64,000 nt of DNA, taken from the IMG/VR virus record IMGVR_UViG_3300039351_000006. One strand, 5' to 3'. A program made the translations under genes and the position numbers. The stretch is from a virus. This document shows, in pieces, positions 10,079 to 20,856 of the stretch (position 1 is the stretch's first letter; every line of letters begins with the position of its first letter). Under the pieces are notes generated by a model. The model made no database searches, was not told the origin of the DNA, and saw nothing but the letters and a program-made list of their open reading frames with translations.

Positions 10079-11026
10079 TTACTCTCCTTGCTTAGCCATG
10101 ACGTTGAGAGCGCTGAGGAATGCAGCAGCACCGTCCATATCAGAAGCAGCTGCTGCAACAGGCTCTTCCACGGTCTTCTTCCTCCTGACAGAGCGCTTCA
10201 TGGCCTTCTGCTTCTTGGCTTCCTTCTCTTCTTTTTGCTTTTCAAGCATTTCGGCAACATGACGGTTGCTTGCATCATTGAAGTCGGAGAGCTTCTGCTC
10301 AACCAACTCGATATCGGAAATACCCACTAGCTGGTCTTCCTGCTCCTTGCTGGGATGATACTTGGAGACACGAGACCTCAGCATTTCACGGCGACCCTTT
10401 TCAGGAAGCACATACCAGCTCCAGAGAGGAATGTTCTTAATTTCGCCCTTTTCGGAGATGAGGGTACCACCCAAGAAGTTATGAGCAGACAGAACATTGA
10501 GATTACCCTCTTCAAAAGCGAACTTGTAGGAGAAGAAGTACTCAAAGTCCTTCTCACCAGAGGTAATGCCCTTTCCGCTGTATGCAGTATCAACAGAAGA
10601 GATTACTTCTTCAACAGTAACGTACTTAACAGCGTCTTTCTCGTCGTCAAGCAGCAAACGCGGCAGATTCTTTTCAATCTTGAAAGCCTGTTCACCGAGG
10701 TCAATAACCGGAATACCCTTGGTCACGGTGACAATCATTTCACCTGTTTCGGTGAGGACAGCAACGAATTCGGCGTCACCAATAAAACCAACCTTATCAG
10801 CAGCGATAACAGGCGCACTCTCAGCAGCTGTGTTATTCTTGGCAACGCGGCTGAGAATCATCTCCTTGATGTCAGTCTTCGTGCCTTTGTAAACCTTAAA
10901 GTCTTCACCAGAGGAAGTTACCAGACCGCGAACAGGCTTCATTTCGTTGCCGCCTGCATCTAAATTAATGATACCGTTAATGTACTTGTACTCCGTTTGA
11001 CCTGCGATGTCATAAATGGTAATCAA
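10079..11026 (-). CDS. hypothetical protein with basic K/E-rich C-terminus
   Basis: 315-aa ORF. Confidence 0.5.
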   Translation of the reverse strand: MITIYDIAGQTEYKYINGIINLDAGGNEMKPVRGLVTSSGEDFKVYKGTKTDIKEMILSRVAKNNTAAESAPVIAADKVGFIGDAEFVAVLTETGEMIVTVTKGIPVIDLGEQAFKIEKNLPRLLLDDEKDAVKYVTVEEVISSVDTAYSGKGITSGEKDFEYFFSYKFAFEEGNLNVLSAHNFLGGTLISEKGEIKNIPLWSWYVLPEKGRREMLRSRVSKYHPSKEQEDQLVGISDIELVEQKLSDFNDASNRHVAEMLEKQKEEKEAKKQKAMKRSVRRKKTVEEPVAAAASDMDGAAAFLSALNVMAKQGE

Positions 11027-11092
11027 GACTTCAACCTTTCGTAAAAGAAATTCGCCCGCACTAGGGCCACCAACAATACAACCGATTTATTA

Positions 11093-12037
11093 CTAGGCAC
11101 GCTTAGGGAACAAAGCCCCACCAACTGATCCGGTAGTAGAGCGGTTATATTCGTTTCTCCTATCCAATTTATCAGCGTCGTCTTTCGACAGACCACCGAC
11201 AAAATAATCTTCAATAGGATAATTCTTCATATAAGCCAATCTTACCCGTTCTGCAAGCCAAGGTTCGTAGTATTCCCGACCGGTTGCGGAACTTATACCC
11301 AACAATCTGACTAGGCTGTCATCGGGAATACCTTGCTTTGCGCACTCCACTACCTCTTTAAGCATGGCAAGGCTATTATCCGCCGACAAACCCACACTTA
11401 TCAAGGTGCTGTAGACCACTCTATTGACATTTAGTAGGACTTGCAACACCTCTGTTTGCCAATTCTCAGATATGTACCTTGGGCTCCAGCGGTTATTCCG
11501 CATGAGGCCAAGGTACACGCTTACTCTATCATAACTTACTTTGTTACCCAAAGAATATATTTCCCAAACAGGCAGACCAGACCTGAAACCACTATCTATG
11601 ATATTCAAACAATCATCTGATACGCCACCCAGAATACCCCACATGTTTTCCTGGTGACTACCACCTATACCATTCAATACCCAACCTAGGAGTATTTCCC
11701 ATTTCTTCTCGCTGAAGCCCTCTGAGATAAACCTCTTCAAATTATCTAGGGCTATTCCATGGTTATGCGCATAACGAAGTCTTACCAAGACCCTATCAGA
11801 CGTCAACCTGAGGAACTGCGAGTCCAGCCCATCAACCAAAGCCCTGCGAACCTGACAAAGCCAACTTGCACCGTCATAGCCTAGTTCTAGGGCCTGCTGA
11901 AGATATTTATCAATATCCAAGTCTTGACCCAGAGCAGCGTAAATCTCCTCTTGAATGTCCTCGCCTACATGCGGGTATACTTGCCTGTAGTTAGTGAAAG
12001 TTACCCTCTGACCATTATGAAACATTCCTATCACCAA
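11093..12037 (-). CDS. hypothetical protein
   Basis: 314-aa ORF; ends with tandem stops TAG-TAA. Confidence 0.5.
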   Translation of the reverse strand: MVIGMFHNGQRVTFTNYRQVYPHVGEDIQEEIYAALGQDLDIDKYLQQALELGYDGASWLCQVRRALVDGLDSQFLRLTSDRVLVRLRYAHNHGIALDNLKRFISEGFSEKKWEILLGWVLNGIGGSHQENMWGILGGVSDDCLNIIDSGFRSGLPVWEIYSLGNKVSYDRVSVYLGLMRNNRWSPRYISENWQTEVLQVLLNVNRVVYSTLISVGLSADNSLAMLKEVVECAKQGIPDDSLVRLLGISSATGREYYEPWLAERVRLAYMKNYPIEDYFVGGLSKDDADKLDRRNEYNRSTTGSVGGALFPKRA

Positions 12038-14154
12038 CCTGTCACTATACTATCCACAGAGAAATCTTCCTCTTTGTTAGAGAATACCCCTAGAGAACCG
12101 CTGACTTGCGACACTTCCTGCACGTTCTTAGCCTTGCTTAAATCCATCTCTTTGAGAAACGGGCTATCTCGACCATCCAGAGAGAAGATTGTCTCTATTT
12201 CCTTTGCTCTTGTGCAGGCAATGTAGAAGATTCGACGCTCTTCTTCCATAGCGTCTTTACCACCTTCATCTAATGCTCTTTGGTGCGGAAACACGCCACG
12301 GCTTGCATTCCACACATACACGGACTGCGCTTCACGACCCTTATATTCGTGGATGGAGGCGATATCAACGCTAGAGGAATACCCCTTCTTGCTATTTTCA
12401 AAGTGGGAACTTAAGCTATCCCTTACGTTGTTGAATACCCTTGAGACATCCTGTATTTTCGCGTCTTGGCCGCAACCCACGACTATGTTTTTAATTGCCA
12501 GATATACAGCTCTTCTTCGTAGGTTCCAAGCTGAAATGTTGGAACCCGAACCAATATCGGACAGCAACCAATCCAGAATAGACATCAACACTTTGGAGGA
12601 GCCAAAGGTATCATTATAAGTGTTCTTCCAGCCTATGAAACGTAAAGCGTCTCTCTTGTTGAGAGAGTATATGTAATCATCATCAGCAATGTCCCAAAGG
12701 CCGATACCCCTGGACTGTCTTAGGTACTTTTTGAAGCCATCAGCAATAGTATTATCCTTTAAGAGGCTTCCCAATGCGTTAACAGCCAGAACGCCACTAC
12801 CGTCATTAGCCAAATCTAGAATACCCTGCGCATTATTGCCTATAGCACCGTTCAGTGTCATCTCTTTACTACTGAGACTGAACGATATTCCCTTGTTAGC
12901 CAAGGCCATTGCCGGTATTACACCGTCAGAGTTGACTCGCACCAAAACAGCTACGCTCCGACCCCGCATAACATCCTCTTTGACCAAGTCAACAAGCGTA
13001 TTACTCATACCAGTAAAATCGGGCATGCGACCCAACCGCACTATTCCACCGGTGTGTGCAGCCTCCAAAGGCTTATCGTATCTGTCCTCGTTCTTCTCTA
13101 TGCATGGCACGACGGCGGAGAGAATACCCTCTGGGGTTCTGTAGTTCTTTGGGTTCTGATACACCGTCGCATTAAAATCAGCAGGGTATTTCTTCGTCAA
13201 GAAACTAACATCGGCTCCTCGCCATGAGTAGATGCTCTGGTCATCATCACCGATGGCAATAACGCTACCACTCTCACGGTCTTCGACGATACTACCACTG
13301 TCTTTTGCCGAACCTTTGCCCAATGCATACACTTTAAGAATTTCATACTGTATTCTGGAGACGTCCTGAAACTCGTCCAGATATATACGTCGATACCTGT
13401 TGGATAGGATGTCTCTTACCTCTGGTCGGGATTCTATAACCGCCAGACGGTATATTATTTCTTGCAAGTCTTCAAAGTCAACCATACCCTGCTCGAAACG
13501 CATTCGCTTCCAGTCTTTAAACACTCCTTGGTATTCAGGGAGAATATTCAAACTGCCACGCTGGTTGATACTGTTCGCATACGCAGTATCCATCTCTTGC
13601 TTACCGTAACGGAAGCCGTTATCGCGCATGGCACGAGAGAAGAAATTACGATTATCTTTATCTTCTATGATTGTGACAGAATACCCTAAGAGCTGACAGA
13701 CTTGATAAAACTCGGAATGCAGCGTATTCACATGCACTTTAGTGGACAGGTCAACGCCATTCAGTAACTTGCTCTTCAGTCGCAATTGCTTCGACAAATC
13801 TTGTTGCCCCGACTTAAGGAATGTACCCACCCACACAGGCAGAAAGCAGGGAATACCCTGGTCGTTGGTTTCAATCATTCTACCACTGACGAAGTCGTAT
13901 AAGACTTTCAGCAGCAGTGTAGTAGTCTTTCCACTTCCGGCGGAGCTGTTAATTAAAATGTTTCCGGTGCTTTTGAGGATTGGGCTTATATATTCAAGGT
14001 CGTAACCGCGCTGTTGGATGTTATCCAGCAACTGCTCACTTTTGCTCTTCTTATTTTCAGTCTTCTTATTTGACCAGTCTTCATCAAGTATTCTATTAGT
14101 GACATCAAAATTCGGGGTCATCTTCACTGTCATCGCTATCCAAACCCTCCTCAT
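12031..14154 (-). CDS. UvrD/PcrA/Rep-family superfamily-1 DNA helicase
   Basis: Walker A SSAGSGKTTTL, motif II YLDEFQD, motif IV NYRT, motif VI-like ASIHEYKGREAQSVYVW; 707 aa. Confidence 0.8.
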   Translation of the reverse strand: MRRVWIAMTVKMTPNFDVTNRILDEDWSNKKTENKKSKSEQLLDNIQQRGYDLEYISPILKSTGNILINSSAGSGKTTTLLLKVLYDFVSGRMIETNDQGIPCFLPVWVGTFLKSGQQDLSKQLRLKSKLLNGVDLSTKVHVNTLHSEFYQVCQLLGYSVTIIEDKDNRNFFSRAMRDNGFRYGKQEMDTAYANSINQRGSLNILPEYQGVFKDWKRMRFEQGMVDFEDLQEIIYRLAVIESRPEVRDILSNRYRRIYLDEFQDVSRIQYEILKVYALGKGSAKDSGSIVEDRESGSVIAIGDDDQSIYSWRGADVSFLTKKYPADFNATVYQNPKNYRTPEGILSAVVPCIEKNEDRYDKPLEAAHTGGIVRLGRMPDFTGMSNTLVDLVKEDVMRGRSVAVLVRVNSDGVIPAMALANKGISFSLSSKEMTLNGAIGNNAQGILDLANDGSGVLAVNALGSLLKDNTIADGFKKYLRQSRGIGLWDIADDDYIYSLNKRDALRFIGWKNTYNDTFGSSKVLMSILDWLLSDIGSGSNISAWNLRRRAVYLAIKNIVVGCGQDAKIQDVSRVFNNVRDSLSSHFENSKKGYSSSVDIASIHEYKGREAQSVYVWNASRGVFPHQRALDEGGKDAMEEERRIFYIACTRAKEIETIFSLDGRDSPFLKEMDLSKAKNVQEVSQVSGSLGVFSNKEEDFSVDSIVTGW

Positions 14155-15481
14155 CTTCCTCTATGGGCATTAAACCAATATCCGCAATATGAACCTTAGG
14201 CACTTCCTGCATATACCACTTCAACTGGATGTTGTGCTCTTCATCGTATTTAGCCCAGTCAATATCATAGCCACGTTGAGTGTAAATTGTACGAATTAAA
14301 TCAACCTCGGAAAGACGCCTTAATACTTGCGCACCCAGAGGATTGAAAACAACTTCGTCATCAAGGGAGTAACTATCATCTTCCCTATCAGGGTCTTCGC
14401 CTAGCCACACCACCACATCAATTGGTGCAATATTATTGTTATCAAGCTTGCAGATTATATAATCGGCGTCGGTGAGTAACTCACCCTCGACCACCAGCTC
14501 TTGATAATCTATCTCCAGCTCTGAGGGCTTGAAATACTTGTCAAGCAAATCAAACAATGAGCGCTGTACATCAGGCGTCTGCTGCCTGTAGGAGGAAACT
14601 GTGGATGCATACGGCAAGACCTGAGGCAATACCCGAAAATTGAGAGTATTACTATCATACTTATCAAGTATGACCAAAAAGCGTTCATCAGTATCAGGAG
14701 AACGGCTATCATATCGAATGGAGGAATCCTGTGTTCTTGACAGACCTCGACCCGAACGACGCTTCAACAACAGATACAGGCCGCCCACTTCGAAATTATT
14801 TTTCTCTAAAAGCTTTTTTGACTCTTCACGGGTATTCACCAATACCCCCTTAGAGAGGTCACAGCACAGCTTTGTGTACTGCAAGAGGATGTTGTACTCC
14901 ATGTCGTTTGCTAATTCCGACTCTACCCTAATATCAAGTTTTGTACCCAAATACTTATAATTGGCCGCAAGAATTGTTGCGTATGAAAGAATACCCTTGG
15001 AGTCTACAGCATTTATGTAAAACTTGTCACCATAGACATACGCCTGAGCAGTAATCAGCGCCATGAAACCGATAGGATTGGTGTTCAGCAGAGCCATCTG
15101 CTCATCTTTTTTATCCTGCACCAGAGAAGAGAAGTTCCAAGCGTACTCATCTGATTTAGCATCGCCATCAAGAGTATCATAGGAGGACAACTGATTATTG
15201 CCGAATACCGGCATATAGTACTTCGAGCCGTGCAGCACATCAAGGTTGCGCACTTCACGGCGCGTGTCCAGATTATCACCGTACTGGTATTGCAACTCCA
15301 AACCTACTTTGTAACCGGAACGCTTGATGTCGTCATACCTTAGATTGTTTTTTCTTGCATACCAGTAGTAGAGACTATCTATAACAAGCAGGGTCACCTT
15401 CGACCGGACTTGAACCACCTCTGGAGCAGTGGGGATAATTTTCCTGAAAGGCACATTATACTTCTCCAACTCATCAAGCAT
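14105..15481 (-). CDS. hypothetical protein with strongly acidic C-terminal tail
   Basis: 458-aa ORF; C-terminus EEDEEGLDSDDSEDDPEF. Confidence 0.5.
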   Translation of the reverse strand: MLDELEKYNVPFRKIIPTAPEVVQVRSKVTLLVIDSLYYWYARKNNLRYDDIKRSGYKVGLELQYQYGDNLDTRREVRNLDVLHGSKYYMPVFGNNQLSSYDTLDGDAKSDEYAWNFSSLVQDKKDEQMALLNTNPIGFMALITAQAYVYGDKFYINAVDSKGILSYATILAANYKYLGTKLDIRVESELANDMEYNILLQYTKLCCDLSKGVLVNTREESKKLLEKNNFEVGGLYLLLKRRSGRGLSRTQDSSIRYDSRSPDTDERFLVILDKYDSNTLNFRVLPQVLPYASTVSSYRQQTPDVQRSLFDLLDKYFKPSELEIDYQELVVEGELLTDADYIICKLDNNNIAPIDVVVWLGEDPDREDDSYSLDDEVVFNPLGAQVLRRLSEVDLIRTIYTQRGYDIDWAKYDEEHNIQLKWYMQEVPKVHIADIGLMPIEEDEEGLDSDDSEDDPEF

Positions 15482-15548
15482 TAAAAAACTCCCTTGAAGA
15501 TACTACACACTCTTTCAAGTATAGCAAAAATTGGAGAAGAAGTCACCA

Positions 15549-16181
15549 CTATTTATCTTCAACAGTTAACTGTCTTAAAATACCCTCCCTATCGCGAGCT
15601 TGACCTTTCCCTTCCAGAATACCCAAGAGGTAACTGAGCTTACCCATATCCAGTGAATTAAAGGACTCCCACATCCTAGGAAGAGAGTACTTCCGTAGGA
15701 AATTAAGCTCTTTCACGCAATCCTGCGGGGCATACACTTCCTCGTCAGTTTTCTCTAATTTGGAAGCGAAGTGCGCACGGGTTACGACATCAACCGGAAC
15801 GTAATCAAAAATATTAACACCATCAATTACGTTGGCAACGAGGTCTTTCAGTCCTTTGTCAACAGGGACTTTTCTTAGCCTGCGGAAGAAGTCCTCACCA
15901 AACAATGAATACAGTTCGTTGCTGATGGCGGTGCGCCTTTTAATGAAGTTGTTCTCACCAATACCCAAGTAGGCCGCTCCCAGAGCAACTGTCATGTCAT
16001 CGACACCCGTAGCCAAAGACTGAGTAGCGATTAATTCTCTGGCTTTGGAATACCCCGAGAATTCGCCTTTCAAGGTGAATTCTATTACCTGCTGGAGGAT
16101 TGCTTTCGCTTCGGGGTCGTCAATATCTTTTGCGGCGTCTGCCAACTCTTTAAGGAAATTCCTTTTACGCTTCTCAGCCAT
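15549..16181 (-). CDS. hypothetical protein
   Basis: 210-aa ORF. Confidence 0.5.
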   Translation of the reverse strand: MAEKRKRNFLKELADAAKDIDDPEAKAILQQVIEFTLKGEFSGYSKARELIATQSLATGVDDMTVALGAAYLGIGENNFIKRRTAISNELYSLFGEDFFRRLRKVPVDKGLKDLVANVIDGVNIFDYVPVDVVTRAHFASKLEKTDEEVYAPQDCVKELNFLRKYSLPRMWESFNSLDMGKLSYLLGILEGKGQARDREGILRQLTVEDK

Positions 16182-16196
16182 GTCTTAAAACCTCTT

Positions 16197-16472
16197 TTAG
16201 TATAGGGCGGTCATTATTCTGCCGTTGGTGTAGTATTCACCTACTACATTGCCAATTGTTTTTCCAAGCCATGTTCTCAATTCAGAGAGCGTCTTAAATG
16301 ACATAGACGCGTTGCGTTGGAATACCCCTTGCTGGTTATCCCTTGTGATATACCGCGGGTTCGTCACCATGTGTATTCCATCTTCCTCTTTGCGGTACAC
16401 CACTTCAACCGTGAACAATTTCAGTGTGGAGAAATCACCACTGCCGAAATACACCCATCTGACTACTTTCAA
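16197..16472 (-). CDS. hypothetical small protein
   Basis: 91-aa ORF, overlaps next gene by 4 nt. Confidence 0.4.
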   Translation of the reverse strand: MKVVRWVYFGSGDFSTLKLFTVEVVYRKEEDGIHMVTNPRYITRDNQQGVFQRNASMSFKTLSELRTWLGKTIGNVVGEYYTNGRIMTALY

Positions 16473-17182
16473 GACTTTCTCCCATCTTCGGCAACCCTCT
16501 GCTGGAATTCTTCTAGACTGAGAAAAGCTTTACTGTCTTCCCGTGGAGGATTATCCTCTTTAGTAAAGTTGTCAACCAACCAATTGAAACAACCCTCAAA
16601 AGAACCTTGGTAGTAGACCTCGTTGGAATTCCTATGGCGAACCACGCATATATCAGTGGCGTCACCCTTTGCTGAAGTCAGGTAGTTGATAGTCCATTTC
16701 AGTATTTCAGTCATTTCAGGCAGGTTGCTCTGACCACCTGTCATAGGCTGAATTATATACTGCCTAGAACCACTTTCCAAGTAAGGACGAATGTACCACA
16801 CGAAGCCGTTTTTCTTAGCCAAGTCACCGCCATTCCAATATGGAGTAACATTAAGACCAGACTTGACCACGAATTGAACGTTGTAACCTTTCTTCGCACA
16901 GTAATCCCAAGATTTGACAACTTCAGGAATTTCACAATCTAACACGTTAGTGTCTGAATCAAAATCACGCTGCAAATCACTTAAAGTATCAGCATTGCCA
17001 GTCGCAGACGACACCCAGCAGCCTTGAATACCCGACTGGACGTCTCCTCGCGGAGTGTGCAGAGTGAATCCTGGAACCGTTGCCATTTCATTCAGCAGGA
17101 AAAAGTATGTTCCCATACTAGGCATCTTGATTAGCATTTTCTTAATATCATTGGGCATGAAAACTCCTAATTTCAACGACAC
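16469..17182 (-). CDS. hypothetical protein
   Basis: 237-aa ORF. Confidence 0.5.
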   Translation of the reverse strand: MSLKLGVFMPNDIKKMLIKMPSMGTYFFLLNEMATVPGFTLHTPRGDVQSGIQGCWVSSATGNADTLSDLQRDFDSDTNVLDCEIPEVVKSWDYCAKKGYNVQFVVKSGLNVTPYWNGGDLAKKNGFVWYIRPYLESGSRQYIIQPMTGGQSNLPEMTEILKWTINYLTSAKGDATDICVVRHRNSNEVYYQGSFEGCFNWLVDNFTKEDNPPREDSKAFLSLEEFQQRVAEDGRKS

Positions 17183-17278
17183 AAGCCTACAGGATTACAA
17201 CTATTCTCTTACCGCAAACGCACTCTTACAATGTAACACAAATTGCGGAAAGACGAGGATGATTCAATACCCTCTGGG

Positions 17279-17674
17279 CTAATCTATAGGCGTGCACATG
17301 AAATAATGTTGCAGATATTCAGCCAAGGCCTTGATATTCTTATTATTTTCCCAGTAATTCAAACCGAACGACTGCTTGGATGTGACAGTCAGGAAAGTGC
17401 CATTCTTGGAGTTGTCTTGCAGAGCACAGGTAACAGTTGCACCCCATGAGAACATGGACGTTGCCAATTCATACACCACAGTATTTTCGGTTATTTTTCT
17501 CAGCTCTTGACTCTTAGCAAACGTAATGACCACATCTTTGACATTCACCACAGGGGCGTTCACTACGAACTTCTTCGTTGTTTCAACTTGCATAAAGGAC
17601 ATTATAACTCCCAGACCAAAAAGACATTTCCGGCGACACAGGAATACCCAATGCTTTCCAATCATTATTACCAA
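17279..17674 (-). CDS. hypothetical protein
   Basis: 131-aa ORF. Confidence 0.4.
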   Translation of the reverse strand: MVIMIGKHWVFLCRRKCLFGLGVIMSFMQVETTKKFVVNAPVVNVKDVVITFAKSQELRKITENTVVYELATSMFSWGATVTCALQDNSKNGTFLTVTSKQSFGLNYWENNKNIKALAEYLQHYFMCTPID

Positions 17675-18073
17675 ATAAAAGGTATTAGCCAGAACGACGT
17701 TGTTCGGCCTTTTCTCCGCCTATAATACCCTAGGCCAACCCCCACACGGAAAACGCACCACAGGCGCAGGAAGAGGCGCTTATTAACGTCTGAGAGGCAT
17801 ATAGGGCGGGCAATAGCATAGCAGACGATACCAAAAGCAGCCCGCCCCAAATATCCTAGGCAGAAAATCCCACTACACGAAAACTCGTCATTATTTCCGC
17901 CAAAGCCATTAAAATTAAAAGAGAGGGCGCATAAACGTAAAGCAAGCCTTGGAATAGCCCCCTCAAAGCAATGCGGGCGGAAAAGCTTCCGCCATTCCAC
18001 CCAAACCTATAAAATTATAAGGGCAGGTACATGCGTACTACATAAATTTCACATCAAACCCACCCAAGCACTA

Positions 18074-18484
18074 TTAAGCTGTTACTACCTCTGTTCCGAG
18101 CGACCAGCAGAAACGCAAGTAGCCGCTGGGGTATGTAACGCCCAGCTTATAAACGCCAATAGCCTGAGTTAATTCAGGATACACTCTTGAATTATTAACG
18201 CAGAAATCAACTCTGACACTAGCGTCAGCTCTACACAGCAGCTCTTGCATCCAGATTATGCGGCCGTTGGTTAATACCCATACGCTTGAAACGCTGTCAT
18301 AGGTATAACTTTTAGGTATACCATCCGCGTTAATCAGAACCACCGTCAATGGGCTGGAATACCGCGCGAAATACCCCAGGTTGACGAACAACGCGCCATG
18401 AGAGGCAAAGCCGTTAAACTTTGAAATTATAGTCTTCTCAGCCAAATCATCAAAGACGGACATGAAACCTCCCAAAAGTCTCAA
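18074..18484 (-). CDS. hypothetical protein
   Basis: 136-aa ORF. Confidence 0.45.
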   Translation of the reverse strand: MRLLGGFMSVFDDLAEKTIISKFNGFASHGALFVNLGYFARYSSPLTVVLINADGIPKSYTYDSVSSVWVLTNGRIIWMQELLCRADASVRVDFCVNNSRVYPELTQAIGVYKLGVTYPSGYLRFCWSLGTEVVTA

Positions 18485-18587
18485 GAGGGGTCAAGCCAGG
18501 CTTAACATACTTCTATCATAAACCCCTCAAAATTATTTAGGCGGACTACAGCACTTATAATCGACATGACCTCCGAGCCCACCTTAG

Positions 18588-18658
18588 CTGCCCCCGCAGG
18601 ATTCGAACCTACGTTCACGGTTCCAAAGACCGTTGTCCTGCCACTGGACGAGGGGGCA
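18588..18658 (-). tRNA. tRNA-Gln (anticodon UUG)
   Basis: Reverse complement folds as a cloverleaf: acceptor TGCCCCC/GGGGGCA, D stem GTCC/GGAC, anticodon stem ACGGT/ACCGT with loop CTTTGGA, T loop TTCGAAT; CCA not encoded. Confidence 0.7.
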
Positions 18659-18882
18659 ATACGACTTGCCAACGTCCGACCAAAATACCGCGCGTACAGG
18701 CAAGCCATATATTCATATTAACAGGGATTAATACCCTTGCTGCACCATGTGCAAGCAAGGAAAATCACTATCAGGAGCCAAAGAAACCCTGGTCTCATCA
18801 GGCGTTTCCACAGGCCACCCCAATGGCAGCTCAGTAAGCAAATCAGCTGCGGACAATTCATACTTACGTGCAACAGACATAA

Positions 18883-19152
18883 TCAATCCTTTTTCAATTC
18901 TTGGGATTCTTCCAAATCCTCTTGCTCTTCAATCTTAAGCTCTTTGTAGATAGCGTAACCAAGTATTCCAAAGATAACTAAAGCGGTTAACGCAGAACCC
19001 TGAACACGGCCTCTATTGACCAGAGAGCTTTTATACTTGCTGACACCACCACAGAGCTTAACAGCCCTATTTAAATCATTATACTCTTTCAAACCGCTAT
19101 TAACCAAAGCGCCTCCTAATACCCAAAAAGTACGGCACCTAGTAAACAGCAT
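18883..19152 (-). CDS. small hypothetical protein with a hydrophobic segment
   Basis: 89-aa ORF between two tRNAs. Confidence 0.35.
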   Translation of the reverse strand: MLFTRCRTFWVLGGALVNSGLKEYNDLNRAVKLCGGVSKYKSSLVNRGRVQGSALTALVIFGILGYAIYKELKIEEQEDLEESQELKKD

Positions 19153-19294
19153 GCTACGGAAAAACCGGTCTTGCGAAGAACACCATTATCCATAAAATAG
19201 GAAGAGCGATTATTCCATTAACATACAAGATATATTTTAAACCACTCAAAACAACAAGGGTAAGTAAAGAACATTCACAGAATACTGAATCCAA

Positions 19295-19425
19295 CTTACC
19301 CAAGAATTAAAAGGCTGGCTACCAGTTGAGTACTAAACGTCCGGTTAAAACCAGCCAAAAATTAAAAGGCCAGCTATTTTTCTCACATTCAAACGTGGCA
19401 TAGAACCGACCAGAGATTAAAAGGG
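19295..19425. repeat. three direct repeats of ATTAAAAGG(C/G) spaced ~50-57 bp in a non-coding region upstream of tRNA-Met
   Basis: gaattaaaaggctggc / aaattaaaaggccagc / gattaaaagggcaatc; a related copy attaaaattaaaagagaggg at ~17907. Confidence 0.4.
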
Positions 19426-19523
19426 CAATCATTTTCACTCAAATAACCGCGGAAACAGATTACCCTAAAAGATAGGACACTCCAAACAGAATATATACAA
19501 CATTCAAGTTAGGAATGTCATAG

Positions 19524-19597
19524 TGCCCCCAGCAGGGCTTGAACCTGCGACCAAGGACTTATGAGGTCCCCGCTCTAACCGACTGAGCTATAAGGGC
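19524..19597 (-). tRNA. tRNA-Met (anticodon CAU; elongator-type, or possibly Ile if lysidinylated)
   Basis: Reverse complement GCCCTTATAGCTCAGTCGGTTAGAGCGGGGACCTCATAAGTCCTTGGTCGCAGGTTCAAGCCCTGCTGGGGGCA forms a canonical cloverleaf; anticodon loop CTCATAA. Confidence 0.7.
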
Positions 19598-19675
19598 AGA
19601 AAGCTTAAATATTCCTTATTCACATAACATTTTCCCCAATTCAAGCAATACATACAGTATAACAAAAATTAAGCA

Positions 19676-20011
19676 CTAACCTTTAAGAGTGTACACATCC
19701 AAGCCAAGCTCCTCAGCCACATTCCTCTCTAAGGTTGCACCAGCGCTGTCCTCCCATCCTGGCAACAAGAGAATAGCCTTAGCCCAGCCTACCAGCATTA
19801 GCAGGCCTTGACGAAGCAAATCACTTCTATCACTAGGGTTAATTACAGCGGCAGGGCTGTACACCGCAACACCATGAGTAATCAAACTTTTGGCAACCAT
19901 ATCAAAAGCTGGCTTATTAAAACCCTCAATACCCGTCATAGGTCCGGCAATGTACACGTTCTCCAAACCAGAATACCCTAGGATGTCTGAAAGATGACCC
20001 TTTACTACCAT
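19676..20011 (-). CDS. nucleoside 2-deoxyribosyltransferase-like protein (DUF4406-like)
   Basis: YIAGPMTG ... GVAVYSPA ... PGWEDSAGATLE pattern typical of the family; 111 aa. Confidence 0.5.
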   Translation of the reverse strand: MVVKGHLSDILGYSGLENVYIAGPMTGIEGFNKPAFDMVAKSLITHGVAVYSPAAVINPSDRSDLLRQGLLMLVGWAKAILLLPGWEDSAGATLERNVAEELGLDVYTLKG

Positions 20012-20463
20012 GCGTAAACACCCTCCTTAGCAGGGTAGTTCTTACGATTTACGGGATTGTAGCTGGAGATTTCATCTTTGTCCTCATCATCGATATACGC
20101 ACGACGATAATCACTGTGCTTCAAGCCACCCTCAGTCTTGGACATCCAATGATACTTCTTACGCGGAAGAATATTATCCTCCACGCTCTTAAGAAGCTCT
20201 TCCTCGTCAACCAACTTTTGCCAATCCAGAAACTTACGTTCATAAGCGTACTTGCGTACCACGACCAAGGTTTCAACGGTCTGAGGATACGCCTTATATC
20301 GAGTTTCACCAGCGTAATCAATATATTGAACAATACGCTGACGGATGCGAGGAAGGCCGAACATGTCATGAGCTTGCCATACTGTTACATCGCCAATAGC
20401 CTTATTAACCAAATCAGAGGCCTCTTGAGTGGAGACAACCTTAGTGATAACAGTGTCTTTCAT
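20005..20463 (-). CDS. hypothetical protein
   Basis: 152-aa ORF. Confidence 0.5.
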   Translation of the reverse strand: MKDTVITKVVSTQEASDLVNKAIGDVTVWQAHDMFGLPRIRQRIVQYIDYAGETRYKAYPQTVETLVVVRKYAYERKFLDWQKLVDEEELLKSVEDNILPRKKYHWMSKTEGGLKHSDYRRAYIDDEDKDEISSYNPVNRKNYPAKEGVYAW

Positions 20464-20684
20464 ACCAGTAGACTCATCAACTGCCTCTACAATAAGCTTA
20501 GGGCAAGCCTTGGGAAATACCCTTACGACCTCCCAAGCAAAAAAGAATCCTGGTTACTTTAGTGTCGTCAGGCGACTTACCACGCTTACGCAGGATACCC
20601 TTGATTGCCGAGTACTTAAGGTCTTTGCGAGTACGAGACATTTCAACCTCCAAAACAACAAGATACTAACAGTATACCAGATAT

Positions 20685-20761
20685 CCCACCAAAAAGGTAA
20701 AGGTGGGAAATGGCAGTTCCACACAAAATTCCAAGTATTCCCACCAAAAGGGTAAAGGTGG
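20685..20761. repeat. two tandem near-identical hairpin repeats CCCACC-(11 nt)-GGTGG(G)
   Basis: cccaccaaaaaggtaaaggtggg at 20685-20707 and cccaccaaaagggtaaaggtgg at 20740-20761, just upstream of tRNA-Leu(CAA). Confidence 0.45.
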
Positions 20762-20856
20762 ATAATCTCAGCTTTACACAACAACCCAAACAAACCCACC
20801 ACAAATATTAGCGGGGCAATCGATGAGTAGAAAACAAACAGTCCAACCCCGCTTAG

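Noticed and set aside
17668-18000. 110-aa ORF in the repeat-containing non-coding region
   Set aside because: Low-complexity Cys/Phe/Gly/Arg-rich translation, overlapping repeats and a hairpin. It is more likely non-coding.
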